NCBI GenBank assembly: GCA_047495785.1
Contig: JBLDXI010000055.1
Coordinates: 1,736,001-1,800,000 of the forward strand
DNA from: Lepidodermella squamata
Lineage: Eukaryota; Animalia; Gastrotricha
Length of the DNA stretch: 64,000 nt
Direction of reading: 5' to 3'
Part shown: positions 39,503-51,703 of the stretch, piece by piece
Numbering within the stretch: the first letter of the stretch is position 1
How the letters are laid out: each line of letters starts with the position of its first letter
The notes under the pieces: model-generated
What the model saw: only the letters and a program-made list of their open reading frames with translations
The model's database searches: none
Told to the model about the DNA's origin: nothing
Program-made: the position numbers and the translations under genes

Positions 39503-41590
39503 ATGGCGGAGCAAGCCCCCGCAGTGGATCTCAAAAAAGTTCTGCGTGAACGCATGCTTTCCATGCTGGCCGAAAGCAAGGGCAGTGACAAAGCTGTTAC
39601 AGGGGCCACTGTCTCCGATGTTACGGAGAAGTCTCAATCACTGATTCCTAGTGCTCTCAGTTCTTTTCTAGATGAAAAACGCAAGCAGATTACAACATCA
39701 TGTGACTCGCCGTTTATCCAGTCAACAACTGTGCTGGAGGAGCAGAAACCGCGCCCGGTTGCAATTGCATTGCCTCAGCCTCGCGCTGAATCTCATGAAC
39801 AACCGGAAACAAGCTCTGTACACAAAGATTTAGCAGATCACAATGCAGTTGCAACTATCGAGAACCGTCCTGGTTTACCTAGCAAAGGTACAGATAAAAT
39901 GTCAAAGGCGCCCGACAAGAAGAGCAAGACTTCACCGATCAAAAAGTCCAAAGTTATCAAGGATAAGTCGAAAAAATCAGTAAAGCATGATTCATCTAAA
40001 TCTCGAAGTAAGTCTGAAACTAAAAAAAATGATTCGCATTCTCGTGATCGCAGCAAGGAGCGGAAACACAAAGAGCAGAAAAAACATAAACGGAAACGAA
40101 GTAAAAGCCGCAGCAGATCACCTGACAAACATCGTCATAGAAGCCGCGATCGCAGCGCTGAGCGGAGAAAGCCGAAAAGAGCGCACAAGTCCGGCACTGT
40201 AGACGACATAGATTTGGATCAACGTGAGCTCGAGAAAATTGTCAACGACATCGTGCACGTCAATCGAAAAAGATCTAGTGGTATCCCAGGCGGCTCTTCT
40301 TACTACCGTTCGACGTTTAAACGCCACCCGTCTCCTCCAACTCGCAAGGAGTTTCTCGAGTCACGGCGTCGGCAATTTGAACTTGCGACTGAATACTTCG
40401 AAAAATCTACCGGCAAGACTATTCGAATTGGCGTTCAATCAAAAGCAGAGTCAGCTGCACATAATTTATCAGGTGTTCTTCATAACAGCGGGAAAAAGAC
40501 ATTGAAAGAGCTGACTGGTGAGTTGTAAACATGTATTCATCCCGATTGTCAATTACTTCATAATTTTTCAGATTTTTGCCGACAAATCGCCGAAGAAAAG
40601 CTAAATGCTTCTGACGGTGACCAATACAGTGATGATGGCGAAGGTGGTCCGTCGCTGAAAAGAAACTCTTCAAATGCGATCAAAATGAATATTCGTGATT
40701 CGCGGGAGCTGAAGGCCAAAGATGCTCGAGAGCAGATGAAATCCATGTTTCCGGTTTCAACAGGCCTCGATCATATGGCCCGGGAGCGAGACACGAAGCC
40801 TGAAAACATCAACCCCGCTTTTCATCGCCTTATCCAGCGCCGGCTGGAAGCTGTCAAGGTGTTAGCTGATAACCCGAACGATTACAACGCACTACTAACC
40901 ATCGAAGAATGTGATCAGAAAATCGCGAAATGGGCTGCGAATCCTCAGGGCGTATTGGACCCTCAATTGTCAACTCCCTCGACGGCAACTGCCACCCCGG
41001 CCCCCGCCACTCAACCGGCTGTTTTGCATGGACCTTGCCTGCCAGACGGGGGCTATGCGCCGAACCCTCCGATTCCTCCTGTCGCCATTCCGTGGACAAC
41101 TAGTCAGTTGCCGTGGACAGCACACCCAGGTTACCTCCAGGCGATAGCGCAGTCTAAATTAGATATTGGCAAACGATTGTTGGAGAAACAAGGCTGGCGA
41201 GAAGGCTACGGTCTCGGTAAGGATCTGTCAGGCAATAAAGATCCAGTTCTCCCCGACGTAAAACTCGATCGCAAAGGTCTTTCTACCGAAATCGAGGAAG
41301 AATTGAAGCCAATTATCGCAAAAGCATTGGCCCTCCACGGCAAACATCCCGTTAGTATGCTGCAAGAAGTCTCGTCTCAGCGAAAGTGGGGTGCGCCCGA
41401 TTTCGAATTGGTGGAAGTTTTGGGGCCGCCTCATCGCCAAGCTTTTATCATGAAAGTGACACTAAATGGAGTCTCATATCAACCAACCTCGGCCTGCCCG
41501 ACGAAAAAAGAGGCAAAGGCCCTGGCAGCAACGCTGTGCCTGCAAACTCTTGGTCTATGGCGTGGACTTGCCGAGCCTTTGAAACAATAA
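39503..41590 (+). CDS. SON: SON RNA-binding splicing cofactor (K/RS-rich region, G-patch, dsRBD), 2 exons
   Basis: RS/K-rich tract; LTDFCRQIAE across intron 40518-40571; FPVSTG; G-patch IGKRLLEKQGWREGYGLGK..DRKGL; dsRBD GKHPVSMLQE..WGAPDF..GPPHR..KKEAKALAA. Confidence 0.88.
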
Positions 41591-41749
41591 AAGTGCTGTT
41601 ATTTTCTATTCCACTGTCGAAATGTCTTTTCAGCTGATTTGTTTTTCTAAAGTAAAAAATAAAATGGGAAACAATATTATATCACAAGCAGTTAATAATC
41701 TGTTCATTTATTCCTTCATAGTTATGTGTTTAAGTTGATTTGAAACGAC

Positions 41750-42881
41750 ATGTCTGGTGGGAAACCGATCAGGTCGATAGCGTCGGACCGAATATATGGC
41801 TTGGTCGATCCCGAGGAGCTCGAGAGGCGCCGGCGCCAACAGCAGGCTGAAGAAGCCCGCAGAATGGCAGAGCAGTACGCAATGCCGATGAAAAATTCTT
41901 ACCAGCAGCAGCAACAGCAACCACAATCAGTCTCCCTATTATCACTGATGTACCCTGTTTCGAGTGGCACTGATCACAAACGTGTCTTCGAAGCTCCGGG
42001 TCACGGGTCTTACTACCAGTCCCAACAGTACCAACAGCCATCAGTTCCAATTCAGGATCTGATAAACAGGCGACAAGATTTACTGAGGCAATCTTCCGAA
42101 GCGCCTAATAATTACCTGGTCCAATTGGCTCTTGAAGACTGTGAAGCTCAAATTGCTCAATGGGCGGCAATTAATCAGCAACACACCGATTATTCTGGCT
42201 CAACTGAGGGGTAAAGGAATTTGACTCACTATATTGAGTTGTGTTTATCTTTATGTAAAAAACAGAAGTAAAGCGCTCAATAAACGGCCTGAGGGAATGT
42301 CCCGCAAGCAGTTCAACAAAATGCAACCTTGGGTGAGAAAAGATTCACTGAGGAACGGACTGACCGTATCCGGCGGCGTTGGCAAGAAATTACTTTCGAA
42401 AATGGGCTGGCAAGAAGGATTCGGCTTGGGCCGAGTTGCAAGTGGCACTGCCGAGCCGGTTCTTCCCATCGTCCAGACTGACAGGCGCGGTTTAGGCGCA
42501 GACGGCGAGGCGACGAAAAGTTCATCGAGTGTCGTCTCCTCGTCTGGCAAGCATCCCGTTTCGGTGTTAATGGAACTTTGCCAGAAGAATCATTACGAAG
42601 CACCGGAATTCACAGAAATTCTCGCCGACGGGCCATCACATCGGCCTCATTTCATCATGAAAGTGACAGTCAACGGGATCGACTACCAGCCTACGAACGC
42701 GAGCTCGACTAAAAAGGATGCAAAAGCGATGGCTGCTATAGTGTGTTTGCGGGCTCTTGGCATGTTACAGTCGACGCCTACGACCTCAAATCCAGCAATG
42801 GAAATTGTCGCTAAACCTGTCACATCTCACGAAACAACGTCTTCACCCTCGACCTCGCAGCAACCATCGGCATCAACTTGA
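41750..42881 (+). CDS. Truncated SON paralogue 2 (G-patch + dsRBD, no RS domain), 2 exons
   Basis: Own ATG; YPVSSGTDH; intron 42211-42265 in frame; PWVRKD..GGVGKKLLSKMGWQEGFGLG..TDRRGL; GKHPVSVLMELC..KKDAKAMAA. Confidence 0.85.
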
Positions 42882-43010
42882 TTTTTGTTGCGAATTCGTA
42901 CTCACTACAACACGTCATTTCAAGCCATTCTCTTTATTGTTACGTGTTGAAACAGCAAATTTTTCTACATATATATATCTATTGAATAAAATGGATCATT
43001 TTCGGGTAAT

Positions 43011-44330
43011 TTATTGTTTTTGAATAATTGCCATTATCATTGAGCAGTTAACGCTAGCTATTCGAAGCCGAGGTTTTGCAGTGCGATGATCGAAACCTTG
43101 AATATTAGTAAATATTTCAATAACTGCGAGGTTAACAATATTGTAAATTTACCAGGTGAATGACAAGCGTGAGTCTCCCCGTAAGACGCGGTCAAAACAG
43201 CATCGGAGTTGTTCGGCACGTTTATCTCTATGTTCTTTTCTGAGACATTGACTCTCTTCAGTGGAAAAATGTTCTCATAAGCGTACTGAAAAATTGAAGA
43301 GCCTTGTAATTGAAAAAAACAATCATTTATGAAGACTTGCGTATTTATTTGGCGCTCCCATGTCTTCGATATGCCTAGCCGCGCTCAACAATCCAAACTT
43401 TCGATAGCGCATGAATTGAAAATCAACGAATGGCCATCGATAAGGCATCCCGGCGACGATGAAAGAGTTATTCGGATCGGTAGAATAGCATTTGACAATT
43501 TTCTTTTCGGGGAGATAATGCATCTGTATCTTTCCACCGTAAATATTAGCCGCTTTTTCTTGCATTAACCTTGCCCAACGCGAAACCTGCATTTCAATAA
43601 CATGTAAAATATTGCAATGAGGGATTAGTTTTCAGTTGAGTTAAATAACCTCGCCAGTACGGTGCACGGGCGTAGCAATCTTCATGACATTGTCCCACTG
43701 TGGAAATGAATTAATTTTGTTATAACGCTGGTGATGAGGTAACAATATCCTACCGGAAACATAGCGGCTTTCCCATCAGACACCACATATCCAAGAAGAG
43801 TTTCAGCGAAAATGAAGTACACCATTGCCAAATGCTCAGCAACATTGAGGCATAGTTTCGCGACCTCCAGCCTTAAAACGTGGAAATTAACATGCAATGT
43901 GAAAATTTGATTTTTCAATTCACATGAGCTGTTGCTCCTTCGGCGACATGGGACGAAAGTAATGGCGCAACGCTTCGTCGCGAATGGCGGTCGCAAGATC
44001 AGCCTTGCCGTTCCTAGCTGCTGACACCAGCAAATGCAGAGCGCTTCGGTTATCACTGTCATAATGAAGCCACCAGCACACATAGTCAAGATCAGGCTCC
44101 GAGAAAAAGCGGCGGCAACTGTCTAAATTTTCGAGTATCTGCAAAACCGAGGTCGATTTATATGAATCATCGAGGATCTTTGGCGACGGCGGAATGTCAG
44201 TGGAGTCGGACTGTCCGAACATTTTTAATATGAATATAATAAGTAACAGACTCGTCAAAACGAGGCCGGTTCTTATTCTGGTCATCAGCCTCTTCTTGGC
44301 CGCAGAGTCACGACTGTAATACCCAGTCAT
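43011..44330 (-). CDS. LicD/fukutin-family type II membrane protein 1 (catalytic motif degenerate), 6 exons
   Basis: N-terminal TM; ALRHYFRPMS; YFIFAETLLGY..FP|WDNVMK (vs WDDDxD); WPFVDFQFM; IFPLKR; FDHR..VNC. Includes a probable GC-AG intron at 43286-43340. Confidence 0.8.
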
Positions 44331-45860
44331 TTAAAATAGCAATGTTGGAAATGATCGACCCAAAACCACACCGAAATTGATTGTTTCGGCTATACTCAGT
44401 GATCTATGAAGAGGCCTGCAATGAACAATCAGTAGGCAGGTCACAGGCTATGTTTACCTGGAAAGAAAATCATGCGCGAAAACGGGTAATTTGCCTTGTA
44501 AACATCGAAGGCACAGCAGCAGAGCATGCGCTACGCTTGGTCTCGGTTGGAATCGTGATTTTTGCCGCTTTGCAATATAGATAAATAAATCACGCTCTTC
44601 TTCTATTGTTTATTGTAATATTTGCAGCAAAGGTAATTAATAATTTACTCATACATGGCTTTTCACTTTTATTTTTACGATCGATACATGTCACGATGCT
44701 GCACGGCTAACACTTTTCTACCGCTGACAGTTAAATACCGCGCTCAGGGCCCAATCGACAATCGCAGATAAATGGGTACCTCACTTAAAATTATGATGTT
44801 ACCCCCTTCTTTCCATGGACCATCTGTTATCACGCAGCTTCTAATGTGTTCAGCATCATTTCAATCCATTCCCAGTCATCACCATTCACGGACTAAAATG
44901 AGAAACGGCTGGGCAAATTTTGTGCTTCGCTATAAAATTGCTGATGAAATTTATGCATCGACGAAGAGATTTTGACTGTGCTAATTATCGGGGTCAAAGT
45001 CAATTCGCTAATACCATAAAATGCAACTCAGCCAGCGGTGCCAAAATGCGATAGATGACTCGTGCCGATTTCAGTTGTGTCTAGACGCCGTTTAAAACTT
45101 CAAAACACCGGTGATACGATTGAACAAATAAATCCAACTCGTGACTCGTGCCTCAAAAATGTTGCCAATTATTGCAAAATATGGTGTAAATAAAAAGACT
45201 GCAAATAAAAAAACTTGAAAGTGCCAGAAATGCCGTTCGCAAAATTAACCAATATTCGTAGGCAGAGCCTAATTCACTTATAGTATCAAAATATAATAAA
45301 TCAATCCTTATAAGACTTCACAATTGTACGATGGAGACGAAAGATTAAAAATCACGGATGTGCCTGCGATTGTTACATGACATTGCCGAAGTTGTCCGTC
45401 TATTTTTAGTGCAGCTCGCATTCAGATGGTCTGGAAAAGACAAATAAATACTGTGTCCACCGCCAACAGACACACACTGCGGAATGACTGCAATTCTTTG
45501 TTGATGCTTTTATTAGCTGTCGAAATTTATTTTCGTCTACTACAAACGTATAGTTATGAATAGCGTCTATTTTTTGCCCGGCGACTGGTATCGGGATGTG
45601 TTATTCGCGGCGGCGTGTTGCCTAAAAATAGAACCGATTGCTAAATTTAGATTGCAGCACGCCAAATATAGCGTACTTGCAAAATCAAGTGATTTTATGC
45701 TGGCCAGAACCTATCAAAACAAATTTTTTTATACGCGGCGGTTCTAGAATTTTGTCTTTTCCCACGCGTCGTTCTACAGGCCGCAATGCCACCTTGTTTT
45801 TCAAAACATTTAACTCCACGCTCCAGTCAATCAGCTACCCGTTTTTCATTTAGACCTGCG

Positions 45861-47512
45861 ATGTTACAAAGTTGCGCTGTTACTACTTGTAGTTGTATTA
45901 CAAGCCTTAGTTGCTTCGAACTGGGCAGTTTCGCCGACGGCATTTCTCGGCCGAAGCTGCATGCCGACAATGCCGCCGCCGCTGACCGCTCATCTCGGCC
46001 GGTGTCCAGCGACAATTGCGACTGCGATGACGCTGATGAAGCGGAATCTATCGTTCATTCTCCGACATCGGGTGGTGTTAATTACGCCACACTAGGGATG
46101 AGTGATCGCCTTGCGGAAATCAGCTCTAGACAACAACGCTTCATCAAAGGAATTTTTCAAAGTCGCAGTTCCTATTCACAATCGATGAAGACAGTGCAAA
46201 ACAACCATCGACAACACAGTGTTTCTACCCAGTTTCCAGTCTCCAGTGGTGAGATGCATCAGCGGCTATTGGAAATTGGAGGTGATTTGGCAATTCAGCA
46301 TCAGCAACTGCTGACAACATCCATCAGTGTGGTGCAGCCGGCGGTGCCTGTTCAAGAACTCATAATTCGGCGTAGCAAGCTACGTCGCCTCGCCGCCGAA
46401 TCGCCTCAAAATTATCTCACCCAATTAGCCCTTGAAGACTGCGAAACTCAGATAAATCAATGGGCTCTTGGTAATCGTGTTCCTGGCATTTTTTATGGTT
46501 CAACAGATTCTCCTGTGTGCAGCAACAGAGGTGTACGCACTTTCGAACAAATCGAAGCCGAAGCTCTTCCTGATAGTTTTTCGCGCAAACAATTCATTAA
46601 AAATCAGCCATGGGTCACAAGAGTATGCTTTTCATGTTCAATAATTTACGGGATTTTTTCATAATTTCATTGCAGAAAAGTTTAACCGCGGGCTCTAGAA
46701 TCGAATCTGGAATAGGGAAGCTACTTTTGGAGAAGCAGGGCTGGCATGAAGGCAGTGGTCTCGGCAAACAGGCTAACGGACCTTTGCACCCGGTGATTTT
46801 ACCGGAGAATTTTCGAAGCACCGGTCGGCGTGGTTTAGCGGCTGAAGGCGAGGTCATCGCGCAGTCATCATCGCCGCAAGTCGACAGCCCGCGGCCATCG
46901 TCACCAGGAAGCAATATTGATACGAAACTGACCAGAAGCAGCCACGTATGTAAGCATCCAGTCACGGAGCTGACAAAATACTGCGCCAAAAAACATTACC
47001 AACCACCCGAATTTATCGAAATATGCTCATCCGGCCCGGCGCATCGACCTCAATTTTTATTCAAAGTAAGATTTTCTTATTCTTAAATTCCGGAGAGAAA
47101 ATTCCGCTAATATAATGGCGCGATACAATATGAATGAATATTTTTTTCCTTTCTAAAGAAAAAATTTAGACGCACGCCAAGAAAAGGCATAACTTTTTCA
47201 TGCAGTTGTACAATAATAATTACGAAAAAACCGTTGCTTTTCTAAAAATTCCGTTTCGTACTTTTCTTGGCGTGCGTTTCAACTGATGAACATCGCAGTT
47301 TAGTATTTACGTGAATTTTATTCCAAAATTAGGTTCGAGTCAATGATATGGAGTTCCAAGCATCTCAGTCTTACGCATCGAAACGCGACGCAAAAAAAGA
47401 TGCTGCAGCCAGGTGTCTACAAAGCCTTGGTTTATGGTCGTCAGATGACATTTTGCGTCAATTCGTTGGCCAAAAATGGCTACCGGCGTCCAGCAACGAA
47501 TCAAACGGGTGA
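45861..47512 (+). CDS. Truncated SON paralogue 3 (G-patch + dsRBD, no RS domain), 3 exons
   Basis: QFPVSSG; LALEDCETQI.QWA; PWVTR|KS (intron 46623-46675); GIGKLLLEKQGWHEGSGLGK; KHPVTEL..FLFK|VRVND (intron 47066-47332); KRDAKKDAA. Confidence 0.82.
47170..47277. repeat. 17-bp perfect inverted repeat (MITE-like) inside intron 2 of SON paralogue 3
   Basis: ACGCACGCCAAGAAAAG (47170-47186) / CTTTTCTTGGCGTGCGT (47261-47277). Confidence 0.75.
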
Positions 47513-47806
47513 CATTGGCCCGACTGCGTCATATAATTAGATGGCAACTGAATTTACTGATTAAGATATATATTTAGCAGATTATGTCTGTCTTTCCCGT
47601 CTTGCGAATAACAATTGTTAATGTTGTGATATGCGAGACAAAAAAAACACGCGACTGCGGAAAACTGCGTCTTTTTTTTCTATGGGTGAAATAACTCTCA
47701 ATAACTCTCTAAAAATAGAAGTCAACTATGCGGTAAACATCTTTTTTACTCGTGTTCCAACTTCTATACATGAATGAAAGATCTGGGTGGCTTGCCAAAT
47801 ATCTAG

Positions 47807-49208
47807 CTACCACAGGTTGCTAAAATTGTAAAATTTGGTCAGCTGATTGCAATCGACTGTGACTATACGCTTCGATAGCTGCTCGTTTCGATGATCATAC
47901 ACTGAGAGAAAAAATCGAAGCACTAGGTAAAGCTCAAGTTCAGTTCTCTAAAAAACAAACCCGACGCTGAAACACACGCGCTGACGTCATAGTTGGCATT
48001 TAGAACAGACCGCACGTTATTGGGAACGTAAACCGGAATCGAAGCTTCGGTGAAAAACACGCGGCGTAGAGGGTATATATCACCGAACGGGAACTAAACA
48101 GCACCTCACATTATATGTTTCTAAATATCGCAAGTGACTTACGCGGAAGTTAGAATATGAAGCGTCAATGATAACGTGACCTCGAATGTGACCGAACGGA
48201 ACGACAACGCGACGAATTTTCATGAATTGCATGTCCACGAAAGGCCACTTCCATTTTCGCGGCGGGTTCCAGATAGCTTCGGCATTTTTGGCAAAGCATT
48301 TTAGCCGCTGCTGAGCTGGAACATAGTATATCTCGTAGTCAGGATGATACTTAATGGCATTTCGCAATTGCGCTGTGAACATTTCAATTTGGAAGTCGTT
48401 ATCTGTCAGGAGAGCAATATCCACGTCATCGTCCCACTGAATAATTAAGGCATGAAGTAATGGGGTAAGAACATGTTAGTATTTAAATTACCGGAATCAA
48501 AGACGATTCATGACGATAATAACCAATTAGGGTTCCACTGTAGATGAAATATCTCACTCTGGTTTGTTCGACGGCTTGTAAACAATGCCGCAATGTCGTC
48601 AGCCTAGGTATAAAAAAATGTTCGAGTCTATTACTAAATTGATGCAAAAGGGTCGCTAACAATTTCCCCCGTTCCTCGTCAGTCATTTTCGGCTTGAAAT
48701 AGTATTTCAATGCATTTGTTCGAAGTTGTTGAAGTTGAACGGAATTGAAAGCAGCAATTTCGGATGAGAAGTTCAGATGTGTTTGATCTCTATTGATAGC
48801 GTTGATGTCCTTTAGATGCCAATAGATTAGGGCTGCATTGTCGTCCTTGCTTATTGTCACAACACGATTCTCATCTGCTGTAAAATTCGTCGAGGTCACC
48901 TGCGCAACCGGCGGGATGAACATAACCGGTTTACCGTAAAAGTCGAAAAATCGTCGAGCGTGGATTGGTGGGTGGTGCAAAACGAAGATGGACTGCAGAT
49001 TATTTGATGAGGTTCCATTAAAAAATACAGCTGCCAAGCGAACGTATATGAGCACAAATAGGCACGTCAGAAGAGCAAACGCGCAAGTAGCTAAAATCTT
49101 CATTCGAGCTATCGATATGCAGAATCGGCGCCAGTATGAATAACGCGCTCGTTGGACGGTAATAGGATAGTCAGGATTCAAAAGCGTCAATCTGTATTTC
49201 ACCTCCAT
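47807..49208 (-). CDS. LicD/fukutin-family type II membrane transferase 2 (intact motif), 5 exons
   Basis: TM; YFIYSGTLIGYYRHESSLIP|WDDDVDIAL; WKWPFVDMQFM; IYPLRR; YDHRNE..VDC; TAG at 47807. Confidence 0.88.
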
Positions 49209-50150
49209 GCTGGTTTGGCTATATCTCGATCAGATTTTCCCGATGGGATGTTCATCCATTCATCGACACGATATAGAGTTGGTTCGAAGATGTGATAAGT
49301 AGAATTTATTGCGCGCAGGTGATCTCATCGGGGAGTCAAAACTCTAGACTGAGGGTAAGCTGTCAAGATTCTATTTGGAAAACACCAACTGATTACTGAA
49401 GTATAGAATAACGTAAATTTGCTGTGCGCAAACATTCTCTACCGGCGGGTCTTCATAGCGTTCGCTTTTAAAAAAAATGCAAATTACTAAGACATGCGCG
49501 CTCCAGTTATATATGCCATGTCGTATTGCGTTACGCTGCTGTCGCTTTCCGGGTTCCGTAGACGTGCTCTGGAGACGTATGCGATATGTTTTGATGCAAT
49601 TTTCGACCCGCCGCCATGTCAGCAATGCTGCGGATCTCTTTCTGCTGCTCATCGGCAAGGCGGGCGTTTAAAACTACTGCTGCCTACTGTTTCGATTCCC
49701 AATTTGTTAGTACTGCTTGGTAACATGAGCAACAACGCTAAAGCGGGACATATCCAGTGAATACAACCGCGATAAACACCTTGAGCGGTGGCAAGGTCGG
49801 CATTAAATTTATTATGCTAAATTTTATTCGATTATAGCGCCAGGCGTCACCATTTGCGCGTGAAAAGCATCGAGAAATGCAAATTATTAAAAGTAGTAGC
49901 AACAGCAAGATCGATATTTTATATTTTACGAAGTGGGCAAAAATACTATTTCATCTGAAAAAATAAAATCGCACAAGAAATCGCGAAAGAAATCAAGCTG
50001 TTATTATTTATTTTCTTTATAAAATGGTCCCATGAGAGTCTCTGAGTGTTCCGGCGACGATAGTCGCGCCAAAAAGCCAATATTATCACGTTCTCGAATA
50101 GTTGGGCACTATTAAACTAATTTCTGGCTCGCAAGACGAGGTCAAAACTA

Positions 50151-51482
50151 TCATTCAATGCCAGTTGAGTTATTCAATGCAGCCGTCAGTTCGGAGCAAT
50201 CCACCGTTACAATATGCGGATTCGATCGCTGAAATCGTTGATCATAATCTGCGTTATAAAACAATTTTTTTTTATAAGAAATAAGAAAATTAAGATTGCT
50301 GCGCAGCAATATTATCATACCAGGGGAGCGGCAGTTGGAAGCATCGGCATAGACAAGTGCAACAACAGCACCAACATTCTTCGGAATGTTAACTAGGCGA
50401 TTCAGCTCTGTGAAGATGTCCACTTGCAGCGGAAAAATGTCATGGATGGGGAACTGAAAAAAGCTCTTCTTATGATATCTATAGCATAATGCATATGAAA
50501 CAGACCGAGAGCGAATGCTGAGATAAATCGACCACAGTAGTCAGAGGGCCCCAAGCGTCCGGGCTTTGCACAACCATGAATTGCATGTTGATGGATGGCC
50601 AGCGCCACCGTTGACTTGGGACAGCGTGAGAGTTTGATTCTAGTCCTCCATAGCACTTCAAGAGCTTGGTTTCGTCATCGTAGTGCAGTTCGTAGCCGGT
50701 GTATCTTCTCATCACCTCCAAGAATCTCACGACCAACAAAGGCACCTGAAACAGGAATGATTAGCAAAAAAGCCGGTTTGGGATTTTCGAGCACCATCAG
50801 AAAATACTCGCGGCGCATTAATATTCAATAATTGCGAACATATTCGGGTCTGAGAGCGGCACAGTTCTATTACTTACCTCTTTATCTGAAGAAATGACAA
50901 GTGCAACCGTGATTTTGTCATCCCACTAAAAAATGAATAAATAAATCTGATGAGAATTATCTTTACTACAGTTGTGCGATCTCACAGGGATTATCTGCTT
51001 TTTGTGACGCTGGAAACCAAGTAGCGAGTCACCATGCAGAAAATAATTTTCAAATCCAGCCTCGCGGAGTACATTAAGACATAGATGAAATGCATTTAAC
51101 CTGCGGAAAAGGATCAGTGATAACATATTAAAAAGTTAAATTAGTTAAAATACAGTGAGCCTCTGTCGTGATCATTGAGCCTGGGCCTGAACAAATATTG
51201 CAAGGCTTGACGCCGGTAGCTTGATTTTAGCTTCACGTTGCGATTGATTGCTTGGAGGGTCTGCTGAAAGCAAACGCCTGCTTTGACTCTTTCACTCGGG
51301 CTTAGCGTCTCCTGCATCCACCCCACGACAACTGGATCATCGTCGTTGAAGTAATGCACCATTCCACAGATACGGATGCGGATGGCTAATAAAAAGGCGG
51401 TTAGGAGGAATGACAGGGCGGCGCATACTAGGAAACAATTGGCGTTCAGCACAAAAGCTCGCCAAAATCGCCTGAGCCTCAT
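50151..51482 (-). CDS. LicD/fukutin-family type II membrane protein 3 (catalytic aspartates lost), 6 exons
   Basis: TM; YFLHGDSLLGFQRH..IIP|WDDKITVAL; WRWPSINMQFM; IFPL; YDQR..VDC. Confidence 0.82.
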
Positions 51483-51703
51483 GATCAACTGCGGCTACAA
51501 TGAAGTTATATATAACAGCTCGAGGAACGGTCAGGTGAGAGTCGCAATTTCCGTTGATCCGCGTCCGCAACAGCAGGGATATTAAAGGAGATTTAACATA
51601 GATTTCAAGCGTACAACAAGTCTTTATTTTGTCGCGCGGTTGTGCATAGAGAAGATTTATTTGAAAGTGCTTCAATCACTTGTATCATTTCTTTATAAAA
51701 AGA

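Noticed and set aside
40518-45853. SON3 as an alternative 3' module spliced from the SON exon-1 donor
   Set aside because: The donor is phase 1 and the 45853 acceptor needs phase 2; the join runs into a stop.
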